A stretch of DNA of 64,000 nt from NCBI GenBank assembly GCA_041667185.1, contig JBAYFM010000009.1:351-64350 (forward strand), given 5' to 3'. This DNA comes from Patescibacteria group bacterium (lineage in GTDB: Bacteria > Patescibacteriota > Patescibacteriia > SG8-24). The first letter of the stretch is position 1, and every line of letters begins with the position of its first letter. Below are positions 37,021 through 47,217 of the stretch, one piece after another. The notes beneath the pieces are model-generated. The model ran no database searches. It was not told the DNA's origin and saw nothing but the letters and a program-made list of their open reading frames with translations. The translations under genes and the position numbers were made by a program.

Positions 37021-38616
37021 ATGTCGCGCACGCCTGAACTGCGGCAATATCTGAGCGGCGAACAGCGGCCGGAGGAGGTGCGTGAAAGCACTCAAAGCCG
37101 GATCGCCGACGCCAAAAAATATTCCTCCGACCCGGAACGTCCGGAAAAATTGGCCGCCCGCTACGAAGCTGAAAAGTGGCTGATGGCTGATCTGGAGGAC
37201 CAGGCCAAAGCGCTGCGCACCGAAGCCCCGGACCTGAGCGACGAAGAGTTCGATCGCCGGTCCGACGAGATCGAACGCGCGGTCGCCGAGATGCACGAAC
37301 GTATTTGCTCCGACGAGGTGATGGAGAAGGAAAAATACGCCACCGGTTTTACCGACTGGAAGGAAGTGAACGGACTCGGCGATTTCCTGGACAAATTCCC
37401 GATGTATTGGATCCCGACCAAGGAAGAGGTCGGCCGCGTGCTCGCGACCGCCAAAATCATGCATGAACAGCGCGTCGCTGCTGGCGTTCGCCGGCCGGAG
37501 GACCCGCTCGAGATCCTGGACATCGGCGGCGCTAACGGCGCCCTGGGCAAACTGATCGTCGATCTCGCGCGCGAGAACGGACTCAAAGTCGAATACTCCG
37601 TCGTCGACCCTTTCACCGAAGGCGTCGACGCCGCCCGCCAGGCTTACGCCGGCGATAAGGAGCTTGAATTCACCGCTCTCTCCTCTTCAGAATTCATCGC
37701 CAAAGAATACGCCGGGGACGCGGAGATCGGACCGCTTGTCGCCGAACGGGAAAAATTACTGGCCGCCGCCAACCGCCAGCGCCAGGATCTGGTCACTCTG
37801 ACGAACGCCGTCTCCAGGCTGAAAAAGGCCGGGCGGCTGGATCCGCCGGAACTCGCGCGTCTGCACCGCGTGCTGCGAACGGATTTCGGGATGCAGCTTT
37901 CCGCAGCTGCGGGGTCCGACCCGGAACGTTTCGCTTTCGAACTCGAGAGCGGCTGGGATGAAAAAACCATGACGGACGCGCCATCCGCCGCGGACCGCCT
38001 GACCAATGATCTGAACAGCCGCCCGTCCGAGATCAGCCGCCGCATCGAGAGTCTCCTCGCCGGACGTCCGGCCAGCCGCGACCTCGTCATCAATTCCTGG
38101 ATGCCTCCGGGACGGGATTTCACCAGCGACATCCGAGCCGCGAACGGAGCCGCGGTCATGTATTTCGTCGAGACTTACGGCGCGACGGGCGTCCAGGAGC
38201 AGGCCGGTTACCCGAGCCGCCCTTCGCGGATCGGCGAAGAGGACAGCTACGGCCCGGGTGTTCTGTATAATGAGGACACGGCCTGGGTCGGGCGCTCCGC
38301 TCCGGAACTGGCCAATCGGCACCGGGACTCTTCGAGCTGGGGACGAAACGAAGAGTTCTGCAACGCAGCCCTGGTGCAGGTCCGCAGAGAGATGCGGCTG
38401 GCTGGGAGACTGAAACTCGATCCGGCGAGTAACGGCATCAGGATCGAAGGTCAGTATCCCTGGGAGGGCGAACTGCGCGAAAAGCATGGTGGCGTTTCGC
38501 CGACCGCGCCGATCGTCGAAAAGCAGGGCCGATCCCGAAGCGACTACCACTCGACCCTGAACGAACTGGTGAGCGAAATGACCGACCTTTTGGGGACTAT
38601 CCCGGGGTTGAAATAG
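37021..38616 (+). CDS. Hypothetical protein with class I SAM-methyltransferase-like motifs
   Basis: LEILDIGGANGALG, VVDP, DLVINSWMP separated by a helical insertion. Confidence 0.6.
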   Translation: MSRTPELRQYLSGEQRPEEVRESTQSRIADAKKYSSDPERPEKLAARYEAEKWLMADLEDQAKALRTEAPDLSDEEFDRRSDEIERAVAEMHERICSDEVMEKEKYATGFTDWKEVNGLGDFLDKFPMYWIPTKEEVGRVLATAKIMHEQRVAAGVRRPEDPLEILDIGGANGALGKLIVDLARENGLKVEYSVVDPFTEGVDAARQAYAGDKELEFTALSSSEFIAKEYAGDAEIGPLVAEREKLLAAANRQRQDLVTLTNAVSRLKKAGRLDPPELARLHRVLRTDFGMQLSAAAGSDPERFAFELESGWDEKTMTDAPSAADRLTNDLNSRPSEISRRIESLLAGRPASRDLVINSWMPPGRDFTSDIRAANGAAVMYFVETYGATGVQEQAGYPSRPSRIGEEDSYGPGVLYNEDTAWVGRSAPELANRHRDSSSWGRNEEFCNAALVQVRREMRLAGRLKLDPASNGIRIEGQYPWEGELREKHGGVSPTAPIVEKQGRSRSDYHSTLNELVSEMTDLLGTIPGLK

Positions 38617-38663
38617 CGGCGCTGAAATAAGCCATTTTTTGTTGAGCTGCATCCCCTTTTGAC

Positions 38664-38693
38664 AAAACCCGCCTCTCGGAGAGGCGGGTTTTT
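38664..38693. terminator. Bidirectional terminator
   Basis: AAAACCCGCCTCTC-G-GAGAGGCGGGTTTT between convergent genes. Confidence 0.8.
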
Positions 38694-38718
38694 GGCTGAT
38701 CAACGGATAATCGGTTGG

Positions 38719-39993
38719 CTATTCGTGCGCTTCGACCAGCAGTTCCGCAGCGCGGAGCGGTTCGGCCATGAGCTCTTTGGTCACCTTATCCATGTGCATG
38801 CCGCGCGAACCTTTGATCAGGATGATATCGCCCTTCTTCATCTTCTCCTGGACGAAACGTCCAGCCTCTTCGGTCGTGCTGAAATGGACCAGCCGATCAG
38901 CCGGGAAACCGGCGGCCAGGGCGGCACTCTGGGCATCGCCCATCCGCTCGCCGACGAGCACTAACAGATCCAGACCGACGCCGGCAGCCTCACGCCCGAC
39001 CTCTTCGTGGCCGGAGACTGACAATGTCCCGAGTTCGAGCATGTCGCCCAAGGCGGCGATGCGCTGGCGTTCGCCGTCAGCCGGCAGGTCGCGCAAGATG
39101 GCCAGCGCCGCTTTCGTCGAACGCGGCGAAGCGTTGTAAGTGTCATCGATGAGCAGTGTCCGCTTGATGCCGGCGAGGCAGCGGGTGCGGCCAGGCGGCG
39201 GTTCGTACGCGCGCAGACCCTCGGCGATCTCGACGAGGTTCATGCCTTTGGCGAGCCCCACGGCCGTGGCCGCGAGCGCCGCGTAAGCCGCGTGCCGACC
39301 CAGGACTTTCGGCAGAAAAACCGGGATCGTGCTGCCGCCAGCCGCGATCTTCAACCGCAAGCCGCAGCCATCCTCGGACTCGACGTCATAATGCATGGAC
39401 ACCTCGACCGCGCGGACGTCGGCCTCCTCGTGAAAACCATAACTCATGACCTTGGCTTTGGTCTTCTCCCGCATCGCCCAGACCAGTTCGTCGTCGTGAT
39501 TCAGGATCGCGACGCCGTCGCGGCCGAGCCGTTGGACCAGGACCTGTTTTTCTTTCGCGACGTTCGCGATCGAACCGAAATTCTCGACATGCGATTCGCC
39601 GATCGCGGTCACGACGGCGATATCCGGCGGCGCGATGTCGGTGAGATACGCGATGTCGCCCGGATGATCGGCGGCCATTTCCAATATGAGCAGCTGCGGA
39701 TAATCAGCCTCTGTCCGGCCCGACTTCCACCAGGCGCGGGCCAGGATCTTCAGCCATTTCCAATATGACCTCCGGCCGGCCGGCAAACGCAAGATGGTCA
39801 GCGGCAAGCCGACCTCATTATTGTAATTCTTTTCATTGGCGCCGACCTTGAATTTGCGGGCCAAAACTGCGCCCATGGCCTGCTTGGCCGAACTCTTACC
39901 AACCGAACCGGTCACGGCCACGACCACGGGCTTCTGGACCAGGATCTTCCGACGGGCATGGCCGGCCAACTGTTTCTGGATGAATTTGCGCAT
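38719..39993 (-). CDS. murF: UDP-MurNAc-tripeptide--D-Ala-D-Ala ligase
   Basis: VTGSVGKS, NYNNEVGLPL, DDTYNASP, LGDMLELG, IKGSRG. Confidence 0.93.
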   Translation of the reverse strand: MRKFIQKQLAGHARRKILVQKPVVVAVTGSVGKSSAKQAMGAVLARKFKVGANEKNYNNEVGLPLTILRLPAGRRSYWKWLKILARAWWKSGRTEADYPQLLILEMAADHPGDIAYLTDIAPPDIAVVTAIGESHVENFGSIANVAKEKQVLVQRLGRDGVAILNHDDELVWAMREKTKAKVMSYGFHEEADVRAVEVSMHYDVESEDGCGLRLKIAAGGSTIPVFLPKVLGRHAAYAALAATAVGLAKGMNLVEIAEGLRAYEPPPGRTRCLAGIKRTLLIDDTYNASPRSTKAALAILRDLPADGERQRIAALGDMLELGTLSVSGHEEVGREAAGVGLDLLVLVGERMGDAQSAALAAGFPADRLVHFSTTEEAGRFVQEKMKKGDIILIKGSRGMHMDKVTKELMAEPLRAAELLVEAHE

Positions 39994-40025
39994 ATTCTTG
40001 AGCTTAATATCCCGGACCGGCGAGC

Positions 40026-41795
40026 TTAATCCGCGGGGCGATCCGGCGGTATCTGCAGGTATTGTAGCAAGAAAGAGGCTATTTCTCCAAAAAGCGGCGC
40101 GGCGCTGGACTCGGCGAAAATGACGTCCTGCGGCCGGTCGATCTTGGTGAGCATGACGAAGGCCGGATCGTCCACCGGCGCGTAACCGACGAACGAACCG
40201 ATGAAAGCGTTCTCCTCATAACCCTGGCCGTTGGCTTTCGAGATCTGGGCTGTGCCGGTCTTGCCGGCGACGTAATAACCATTGACGCCGGCGGCCTTGC
40301 CATGGCCGTTCTCAACCACGCGCACGAGCATGCCGCCCACGAGCGTCGAAGCGCGCTTGGTGATGACCTGGCGGACGACCTGCGGCTCGGTACGGACGAC
40401 CATGCCATCGCTGCGGCGGATCTCCTTGACCACGTAAGGCTTCACGAGCTTGCCGCCGTTCGCGAGCGCCGCGTAGGCCGCGGCCATCTGGATCGGAGTC
40501 GTCGTGATGCCCTGGCCGAACGAAGCGGTCGCGGTCCAGATGTCGCCTTTCTTGGAGATCGAAGAGATGTCGCCGGCGGCTTCGGAGTCGAGTTCAATGC
40601 CGGTCGCGGCGCCGAACCCGAAAGCTTCCACATACTGGCGGAACAGTTTCGGACCGAGACGGTCGGCAGCGAAGATTGCGCCGGTATTGAGAGATTTCTC
40701 AAGTACCTGGGTCATGGTCTGGATGCCGTTGGCCTTGCCGTCGGAGTTGCGGATGGAGTAAGGCCCGATCTTCACCACACCTTCGTCATTGTAGGTCGTG
40801 TACGGCAGCACCTTGTCCGCGTCGAGAGCGGCGGCCATGGTGATCGCTTTCATGATCGAACCAGGTTCGTAAGAATAGAAGATCGCCGGATCATTGAAAG
40901 CGCGCATGTCCTTGACCGCGGAGTAGGCGTTCGGGTCGAAATTCGGGTAGCCGCAAAGCGCCAGGACAGCGCCGGTCTTGGGTTCCAGAATGACGACTGC
41001 TCCGCCCGTGGCGCCATGGCGCTCGACCGCGGCGGCGAGTTTCTCGCAGGCGTAATATTGGATGTTGCGGTCGATCGTGAGCAGGATCTCCGCGCCGTCG
41101 GTCGCCGGCCGCAGGTCACGCTCGGCGATGCCGATCCAGCGGCCGACCGGATCGGTCTCCGCTTCGATGTAGCCGACCTTGCCGGTGAGTTCGCGATTCC
41201 AGAAACCTTCGATGCCGTAACGGCCAACGCGCTGACCGGCCGCGTCGAAGCCCACGAAACCGGTCAGATGCGAAAAAGCCGCGCCCTCCGGATAATAACG
41301 GAACGGCTCAGCCGTGATGTGGACGCTCGCCAGACCGAGCGCGCGGACCCGATTCACGGCCTCTTCGGAGACCTGGCGCGCGAGCGGCACATAAGGATCG
41401 TCCTTGGCCGCGAGCTTGGCGAGCAGTTCGGCTTCGTCGAGACCGAGGAGCGGCGCGAGCGCTTTCGCCGCCGCGGCCGAATCGTCGATGCCGCGCGTGT
41501 CGGCGTAGACGAGCGCCAGGGATTTGTTGACCGCGATCGGGAACTTCTGTTCCGCGGCCCGCGGATTGGAAACGTAGACCGCGCCGCGCTCCGGGAACAA
41601 TTTTTCCGTCAGATAGTGCTGGTCGGTGGCCAGGGCGGCGTAATGATCGTGCGACAGGACCTGGATGATGAACAGCCGGCCGACCAAGACCAGCAGCAGC
41701 GCCGCCATCGCGACGCGCAAAAAAAGCAGGCGGGAGCCGGAAACTTCAGCCTTGCCGCCCGGGCGATGTCTGGCGATGCCAAATCTCACAGCCAT
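40026..41795 (-). CDS. ftsI: Class B penicillin-binding protein (FtsI/PBP2 family)
   Basis: EPGSIMK (SxxK), KSLN (SxN), GKTGTAQ (KTG); adjacent to murF. Confidence 0.85.
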   Translation of the reverse strand: MAVRFGIARHRPGGKAEVSGSRLLFLRVAMAALLLVLVGRLFIIQVLSHDHYAALATDQHYLTEKLFPERGAVYVSNPRAAEQKFPIAVNKSLALVYADTRGIDDSAAAAKALAPLLGLDEAELLAKLAAKDDPYVPLARQVSEEAVNRVRALGLASVHITAEPFRYYPEGAAFSHLTGFVGFDAAGQRVGRYGIEGFWNRELTGKVGYIEAETDPVGRWIGIAERDLRPATDGAEILLTIDRNIQYYACEKLAAAVERHGATGGAVVILEPKTGAVLALCGYPNFDPNAYSAVKDMRAFNDPAIFYSYEPGSIMKAITMAAALDADKVLPYTTYNDEGVVKIGPYSIRNSDGKANGIQTMTQVLEKSLNTGAIFAADRLGPKLFRQYVEAFGFGAATGIELDSEAAGDISSISKKGDIWTATASFGQGITTTPIQMAAAYAALANGGKLVKPYVVKEIRRSDGMVVRTEPQVVRQVITKRASTLVGGMLVRVVENGHGKAAGVNGYYVAGKTGTAQISKANGQGYEENAFIGSFVGYAPVDDPAFVMLTKIDRPQDVIFAESSAAPLFGEIASFLLQYLQIPPDRPAD

Positions 41796-41805
41796 ACCGC
41801 GAACC

Positions 41806-43047
41806 TCACTTATTGAGCGCCGCCTCGATGCCGAAATCGAAAAGTTTGCCCGGGCCAGCCGGATTCGATCCCCTTTCGACCTCCAGGCCGTCATTCACGC
41901 CGTCGCCGTCGGTATCGGCTTTGGCCGGATCAGTGCCGTAAAAATACTCCAGTGCATTCGACAAGCCATCCTTGTCCGGATCGTCGTCGCCAGCGGCCTT
42001 GGCCGAGATGACCGGCAACCCCTTGGCCGGAGCGGCAGCCGCGCCCCGGCGGACCGCGCCTTGGCCGGCGAGCGGCAAATGTTCGGAAATGGTCGGCAGG
42101 AGCGAAGTGATGATGTCATCGACCTGTTCGACTCCGGCAGTCGGCGCGCTGATCGCGACCGGTCCGTTGAACTTCGAAAAATTGAACGTGGCCGAAAAAA
42201 TACCGCGGCGCAACCCGTCATCGTACCGGAAGCGCAACAGGGCGCGATAAGGATACAGGTCGCGCTTACCGATCCAGATCTCGCCGTTCTCGGCCGTCAC
42301 GTTGGCGAAAAAAATATCGACCGGCTCGCGCTCCTTGCTCGTGAGTTCGCGGCCCTGCCGCAGCGCCTCGGCCTGCAGCACGTAATCCTTGACGTATAGG
42401 AGTTCCGGACGGATCACGTAATGATGATTCGGCACGCCGCCGACGGTCTCGGACTTCAGCTTGCCGAGAAATTTCAGGAACGGCGTGATGCGCAGCTGCT
42501 CGAGAAGATAGGTCTGGTCGGCCTCGGCGAGCTCGCGACCGCGGCCGCCCCAGAACGGCGCTTCCAGGCCGGCCCGGATACTCTCCAGATCGAAGGTCAG
42601 CCAGTCGCCGCGGAACGCTTCCAATCTCAAAACGCCGAGCATGGCCGGCAGAACATCGAAGCGCAGGAAGTCGGCGCTGCCCGATTTCACGAACTGGCCG
42701 GAGTATTCCGTCGGCTGATCGGCTCCGACGGCGAGGTCGAATTGCAGAGCGGCCTGGGAGGCTTCGGCATCCGTCCGGTCGACGACGCCGACCGACTCGA
42801 AGTAGACCGCCTCGCGTCGGCGATCGACGGCGCCGTTGCTTTTCTTCGTTTCCTGCCAGCCTTCGTAGCGGACCAGAGCCTCGACGCCGAACGTCCGGGC
42901 GCGCATCAGGCGCCACTGCGCGAGACGCACGATCTCCGAGGATTGCGGCAGGAGCAGCAGCATCAGAGCAGCCATGAGCACCGCGGTCATGGAAATGAAA
43001 AACACGAGCAGGATGTAGGCGTTGGCGTACCACTTTTTCGAAGCCAT
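41806..43047 (-). CDS. Membrane-anchored protein with C-terminal bacterial TSP3-like Ca-binding repeat
   Basis: DPDKDGLSNALE..GTDP..ADTDGDGVNDGLEV..GSNP; start at MASKK. Confidence 0.75.
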   Translation of the reverse strand: MASKKWYANAYILLVFFISMTAVLMAALMLLLLPQSSEIVRLAQWRLMRARTFGVEALVRYEGWQETKKSNGAVDRRREAVYFESVGVVDRTDAEASQAALQFDLAVGADQPTEYSGQFVKSGSADFLRFDVLPAMLGVLRLEAFRGDWLTFDLESIRAGLEAPFWGGRGRELAEADQTYLLEQLRITPFLKFLGKLKSETVGGVPNHHYVIRPELLYVKDYVLQAEALRQGRELTSKEREPVDIFFANVTAENGEIWIGKRDLYPYRALLRFRYDDGLRRGIFSATFNFSKFNGPVAISAPTAGVEQVDDIITSLLPTISEHLPLAGQGAVRRGAAAAPAKGLPVISAKAAGDDDPDKDGLSNALEYFYGTDPAKADTDGDGVNDGLEVERGSNPAGPGKLFDFGIEAALNK

Positions 43048-43058
43048 GAGCGCGGCGA

Positions 43059-44354
43059 TCAGTCTTTTAGGTATTTGCGTCCCCGCAGCCGCTCCGGCAG
43101 ATAATCCTGACCGGTATCGGCGTGGCCGTCGGAACGTTTCTTGGCGACGTCGGGCGGATAGACATAACCCTTGCCGTAGTCGAGTTCTTTCATCAGTCTG
43201 GTCGGAGCGTTGCGCAAGTGCAGCGGGACGGGTTCGCTCGGCAGGCGCTCGATATCCTCGCGCACGCGGCCGTAAGCGACGTACAGGGAGTTGGATTTCG
43301 GCGCGCGGGCGAGATAGACGGCGGCCTGGGCGAGGATGACGTTGCATTCCGGCATGCCGAGGCTGTGGGCCGCCTGGAAAGCGGCCACGGTCTGGACGAG
43401 TGCGTTCGGATCAGCGAGGCCGATGTCTTCGGACGCGAAGCGGACCAGCCGACGCGCGACGTAGACCGGATCCTCCCCCGCCTCGAGCATCCGCCCGAGC
43501 CAGTAGAGCGCGGCGTCGGGATCCGAACCGCGCAGGCTCTTGTGCAGCGCGGAGATGAGATTGTAGTGTTCCTCGCCGGATTTGTCGTAGAGCAGATGCG
43601 AACGGCGCATGATCGCAGCGAGACGTTCGCGCTTCAAGTGTATCACTCCAGCGCCGGCGGCGTCTAAACTGCCGGACTCGGATTTCACCGCCATCTCAAG
43701 CGTGTTGAGCGAAGTCCGCGCGTCGCCGTCGGCGGCCGCGGCGATGAACTCGATGACGCCCTCTTCCGCCTCGATCTTCTGCTTGCCGTACCCGCGCTCG
43801 GCGTCCGCGAGCGCCCGGCGCAGCAGGACCTCGATATCCGCGGCCGCGAGGCTCTTCAGGACGAAGACGCGGCAGCGCGAGAGCAGCGCCGAATTGACCT
43901 CGAAGGACGGATTCTCCGTCGTTGCGCCGATGAGCACGACTGTGCCGTCCTCGACGTGCGGCAGGAACGCGTCCTGCTGGGCCTTGTTCCAGCGATGGAT
44001 CTCGTCGACGAAGACGATGGTGCGGGTGCCGTTGAATTTCAGCGTGTCCTTGGCTTCGGCGACCACCTGGCGCAATTCCGCGACCCCGCTCGAGACGGCC
44101 GAGAGCTGCACGAAGCGCGACTTGGTCGTCTTGGCGATGAGACGCGCGAGCGTCGTCTTGCCGGTGCCGGGCGGCCCCCAAAAGATCATCGATGGCACTT
44201 CGTCCTGATCGATGAGACGCCGGAGCGGGCTGGCCTCGCCGATGATGTCCTGCTGGCCGACGAATTCCGAAAAATTCTCCGGCCGCAGACGATCGGCGAG
44301 CGGAGCCTCCTTCTTTTGCTGGCGGCGGGCCTTGTAGTCGAACAGGTCGTCCAT
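43059..44354 (-). CDS. rarA: Replication-associated recombination protein A (MgsA)
   Basis: [53 protein letters not shown]. Confidence 0.96.
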   Translation of the reverse strand: MDDLFDYKARRQQKKEAPLADRLRPENFSEFVGQQDIIGEASPLRRLIDQDEVPSMIFWGPPGTGKTTLARLIAKTTKSRFVQLSAVSSGVAELRQVVAEAKDTLKFNGTRTIVFVDEIHRWNKAQQDAFLPHVEDGTVVLIGATTENPSFEVNSALLSRCRVFVLKSLAAADIEVLLRRALADAERGYGKQKIEAEEGVIEFIAAAADGDARTSLNTLEMAVKSESGSLDAAGAGVIHLKRERLAAIMRRSHLLYDKSGEEHYNLISALHKSLRGSDPDAALYWLGRMLEAGEDPVYVARRLVRFASEDIGLADPNALVQTVAAFQAAHSLGMPECNVILAQAAVYLARAPKSNSLYVAYGRVREDIERLPSEPVPLHLRNAPTRLMKELDYGKGYVYPPDVAKKRSDGHADTGQDYLPERLRGRKYLKD

Positions 44355-44414
44355 ATTTCACCCTCTAGATTACGCCTCTTGGCGCTAAAACGGAATACCG
44401 GCGGCGGGTGGAGC

Positions 44415-44460
44415 TTGCTGTTTTTCCGCGGTCTGTTAAGGTGAGGCCGTTCTTTACAAC
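44415..44460 (+). promoter_or_regulatory. Promoter plus boxA-like motif
   Basis: TTGCTG-N16-TAAGGT with TGn extension, then CGTTCTTTACAAC. Confidence 0.6.
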
Positions 44461-44482
44461 CTTTTCAGCCACGGAGGCCAAC

Positions 44483-45076
44483 ATGTCCGAACCGAACGGC
44501 AACATCTCCACTGCGCGTTTCACTCCCCGTCAACGCCTGATCGGAATCGGGATCTTTCTGGCCATCAACGCCGCTTACCTCGTCGGTTATGGATCCGGAT
44601 ATTCCGACCAGAAGCCGGAACCGGCCGCAACCGTCGACCAGGCGCCGGCCGCGATGTCCGTTGCTGCGCCAGCTCTCCCCTGCGCCAGCGAAGAATTCGT
44701 CCGGGCGCGCAACAATGCCTGGGCGATCATGAACTCGCTGACCAACGACAACTTCAACCAGGAGCTCGTCAAGGATAACATCGACGCGATCTCCACGCTC
44801 TTCGCGCTGGCCATGGGGCCAGACACGCCAGCGAAGATCCGCGCCGAAATGCTCGACCTGTATCCCAAGAAGGGGCTCTTCCTCTTCAAGGAAGCCGAGC
44901 GCGAGAAGCTGTTCCAGAACCTTCTTGAGGGCACGCCGGAGGAGCGCCTGCGCTGGTTCGGCTACCTGAATACGGCCGACCTCAAAGCGACGCAATTCCT
45001 CCAGTGTCTGCTGGCCGACGACGCTCGGATCAAGCAGTACCTCGCTGGCGAAGAGATCGCTCTTGAGGGCGAATAA
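44483..45076 (+). CDS. Hypothetical membrane-anchored protein
   Basis: SD GGAGG; N-terminal TM. Confidence 0.7.
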   Translation: MSEPNGNISTARFTPRQRLIGIGIFLAINAAYLVGYGSGYSDQKPEPAATVDQAPAAMSVAAPALPCASEEFVRARNNAWAIMNSLTNDNFNQELVKDNIDAISTLFALAMGPDTPAKIRAEMLDLYPKKGLFLFKEAEREKLFQNLLEGTPEERLRWFGYLNTADLKATQFLQCLLADDARIKQYLAGEEIALEGE

Positions 45077-45226
45077 AAGGCTGCCTCGGCAGACGAGGCT
45101 GAATGACTCAGCCGCCAACGGACCGCTCTGGTCCGTTTTTTTGTCCGCGCGACATGGGCAATCTTGACAGCCGCGGCGATTCACGCAAAAGTGTGCTCAG
45201 ATCTTTCCAAGGAACGGAGGCGCGAC

Positions 45227-45535
45227 ATGCCCATGATAATACACTCCAAAACAGTCTTGCAGATCTTCGCTCTGGCCGACCAGATCGCGCACGAAGAGAT
45301 GGAAGCCAACTCCCGGAGGACCGGCCGGCCGCTGGTGAACAACGGTGATCAGATGTCCATCCCCCTGGACCACCATCCGGACTGGTATTATGAAGAGGCC
45401 GCGCGACGGCTGGGCTACAAACTTACCAGGGTCGGATCCATGACCTGCAGCGGAGGGGCAGCGCAACGTCCGCAAAAGGCCAGAACCACCTTTCTCGAAC
45501 GGTTGCGCCATCTCCTGTTCGGCGATCGAGGCTGA
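45227..45535 (+). CDS. Small hypothetical protein, tandem paralog 1
   Basis: SD GGAGG; shares EEAARRxGYKLTRVGSMTCSGG...TTFLERLR with paralog 2. Confidence 0.7.
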   Translation: MPMIIHSKTVLQIFALADQIAHEEMEANSRRTGRPLVNNGDQMSIPLDHHPDWYYEEAARRLGYKLTRVGSMTCSGGAAQRPQKARTTFLERLRHLLFGDRG

Positions 45536-45660
45536 ATGACTTAGCCGCCCACGGACCGCTCTGGTCCGTTTTTTTGTCCGCGCGACAAGACCTCGTCTTG
45601 ACAGCCGCGGCGATTCACGCAAAAGTGTGCTCAGATCTTTCCAAGGAACGGAGGCGCGAC

Positions 45661-45924
45661 ATGCCCTTTGCATTACTCTCCAAAGAAGCCAAGCAGATAC
45701 TGGCTCTGGCCCAACAGATCAGACAGGAAGAGATGAAGGCCAACTCCAAAAGGACAGGTAAAACGTACTGGTATTCTCTGGAAGAAGCCGCGCGACGCAG
45801 GGGTTACAAACTTACCAGGGTCGGATCCATGACCTGTAGCGGAGGGACAACGCAACGTCCGCAAAAGGCCAGAACCACCTTTCTCGAACGGTTGCGCCGT
45901 ATCCTGTTCGGCCACAAGAAGTGA
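45661..45924 (+). CDS. Small hypothetical protein, tandem paralog 2
   Basis: Promoter-to-ATG leader identical to paralog 1; terminator near 45952-45981. Confidence 0.7.
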   Translation: MPFALLSKEAKQILALAQQIRQEEMKANSKRTGKTYWYSLEEAARRRGYKLTRVGSMTCSGGTTQRPQKARTTFLERLRRILFGHKK

Positions 45925-46034
45925 CCAGAAACCGGAAAACTGCTCTCGTCCAACGTCCCAAAAACTACGGGACGTTTTTTTATCTGACCGAAATCCATGT
46001 ACGTAAAAACACCAGTCTGGCTGGTGTTCTTGCG

Positions 46035-46109
46035 TGGTCGGGGCGACAGGGATCGAACCTGCGGCCTCTCGGTCCCGAACCGAGCGCACTACCGCTGTGC
46101 TACGCCCCG
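46035..46109 (-). tRNA. tRNA-Pro(CGG)
   Basis: CGGGGCGTAGCACAG...CTCGG-TTCGGGA-CCGAG...GGTTCGATCCC...CGCCCCGACCA. Confidence 0.95.
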
Positions 46110-46330
46110 ATGATATTTATGTGGAAACAGCATAATGTATCTCCGCCAAATAATCAAGCGCCCCGGCCGGGAACGCCCAAGCCAGACCTGATCGTCAAGA
46201 ATTGGTACGATATAGCCCATGATCATCCGAACCTGCGAATGAATCCGGATTCACACGACCCGCGGAGATCAAGACGGGACAAAAAAACCCGGATCCAGTG
46301 CGGATCCGGGTTTTGCGATAAGGCCGCCGA

Positions 46331-47029
46331 TCAGCCGGCGAGCAGCAGCCACTTGCCGGGCGCGGCGGGTTGGCCGTCCTGGGCGGGCCGAGCTTTGATC
46401 TCGCCGATGGGAATGGCGTGGCGGCAAAGTTCGACGAGCAGCTTCAGCCGCTCGAACATGCCGACGTCGCCAGCCATGGCGAAACCGAGCAAGTAGAAGA
46501 CGCAGGCCATGGGCATGAGAGCGATCGTGTTCGCGGCATTGTCGTTGAGCCGGCCGAAGAACTGGGCGTAAGCCGTCTTCATGTTGATCTGGACCGCCAG
46601 ACCGAGCGTGTCATACACCTTGTACATCAGCTCGTTGGACTGCTCATCATCCAACTGGATGGCGAGCTCGTCGCGGAACTCGCTCAAGAGCAGCACGCTG
46701 GTGAAGACGAAGTCGGCTGACGGATCGACGTCAGCAGCCTCGGCGTCGGCGGCTGCCAGATCGGCAGGCAGAGCGCCGTTCGCGCTGAGACCGGTGCCGA
46801 GCGACCCGGCCAAGACGCGCAGATCAGTGATCGTCTTGCCGAGAGCGACGGCTAAAGCCGCTTTGGCCGCATCCTGATCCACGTGCCAGGCGATATCGAG
46901 CGGAAAGATGCCGACCTTGGCTTCCGTGAAATAAGGATCGATGACCGCCAGCGCCCGCTGCGCCAGCTTCTTGTCGGCGCAATGGCGCAAGACAAAGTCG
47001 ACCAAGCTTTGCTGATCCGTCGTGAACAT
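46331..47029 (-). CDS. Hypothetical protein
   Basis: SD AGGAG before MFTTD; downstream terminator near 46281-46315. Confidence 0.7.
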   Translation of the reverse strand: MFTTDQQSLVDFVLRHCADKKLAQRALAVIDPYFTEAKVGIFPLDIAWHVDQDAAKAALAVALGKTITDLRVLAGSLGTGLSANGALPADLAAADAEAADVDPSADFVFTSVLLLSEFRDELAIQLDDEQSNELMYKVYDTLGLAVQINMKTAYAQFFGRLNDNAANTIALMPMACVFYLLGFAMAGDVGMFERLKLLVELCRHAIPIGEIKARPAQDGQPAAPGKWLLLAG

Positions 47030-47137
47030 CTGGATCTCCTGACCGGCGAATGCCGAAATGAGACAATGAAAGGAGCTTGCGCCCACCTTAGCCGTTAATG
47101 GCCGTTATCGTCAACGCCCGGCGCCCGCCAGCCTTGA

Positions 47138-47186
47138 TTGACATTCACCCGCCGCGCCGTTAAGATCGCCGCAAGTTCTTTAGACA
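47138..47186 (+). promoter_or_regulatory. Sigma70-like promoter plus boxA-like motif
   Basis: TTGACA-N17-TAAGAT then AGTTCTTTAGACA. Confidence 0.72.
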
Positions 47187-47217
47187 ATCAGCTGAATCAC
47201 TGTCCGGAGGTGCCGTC

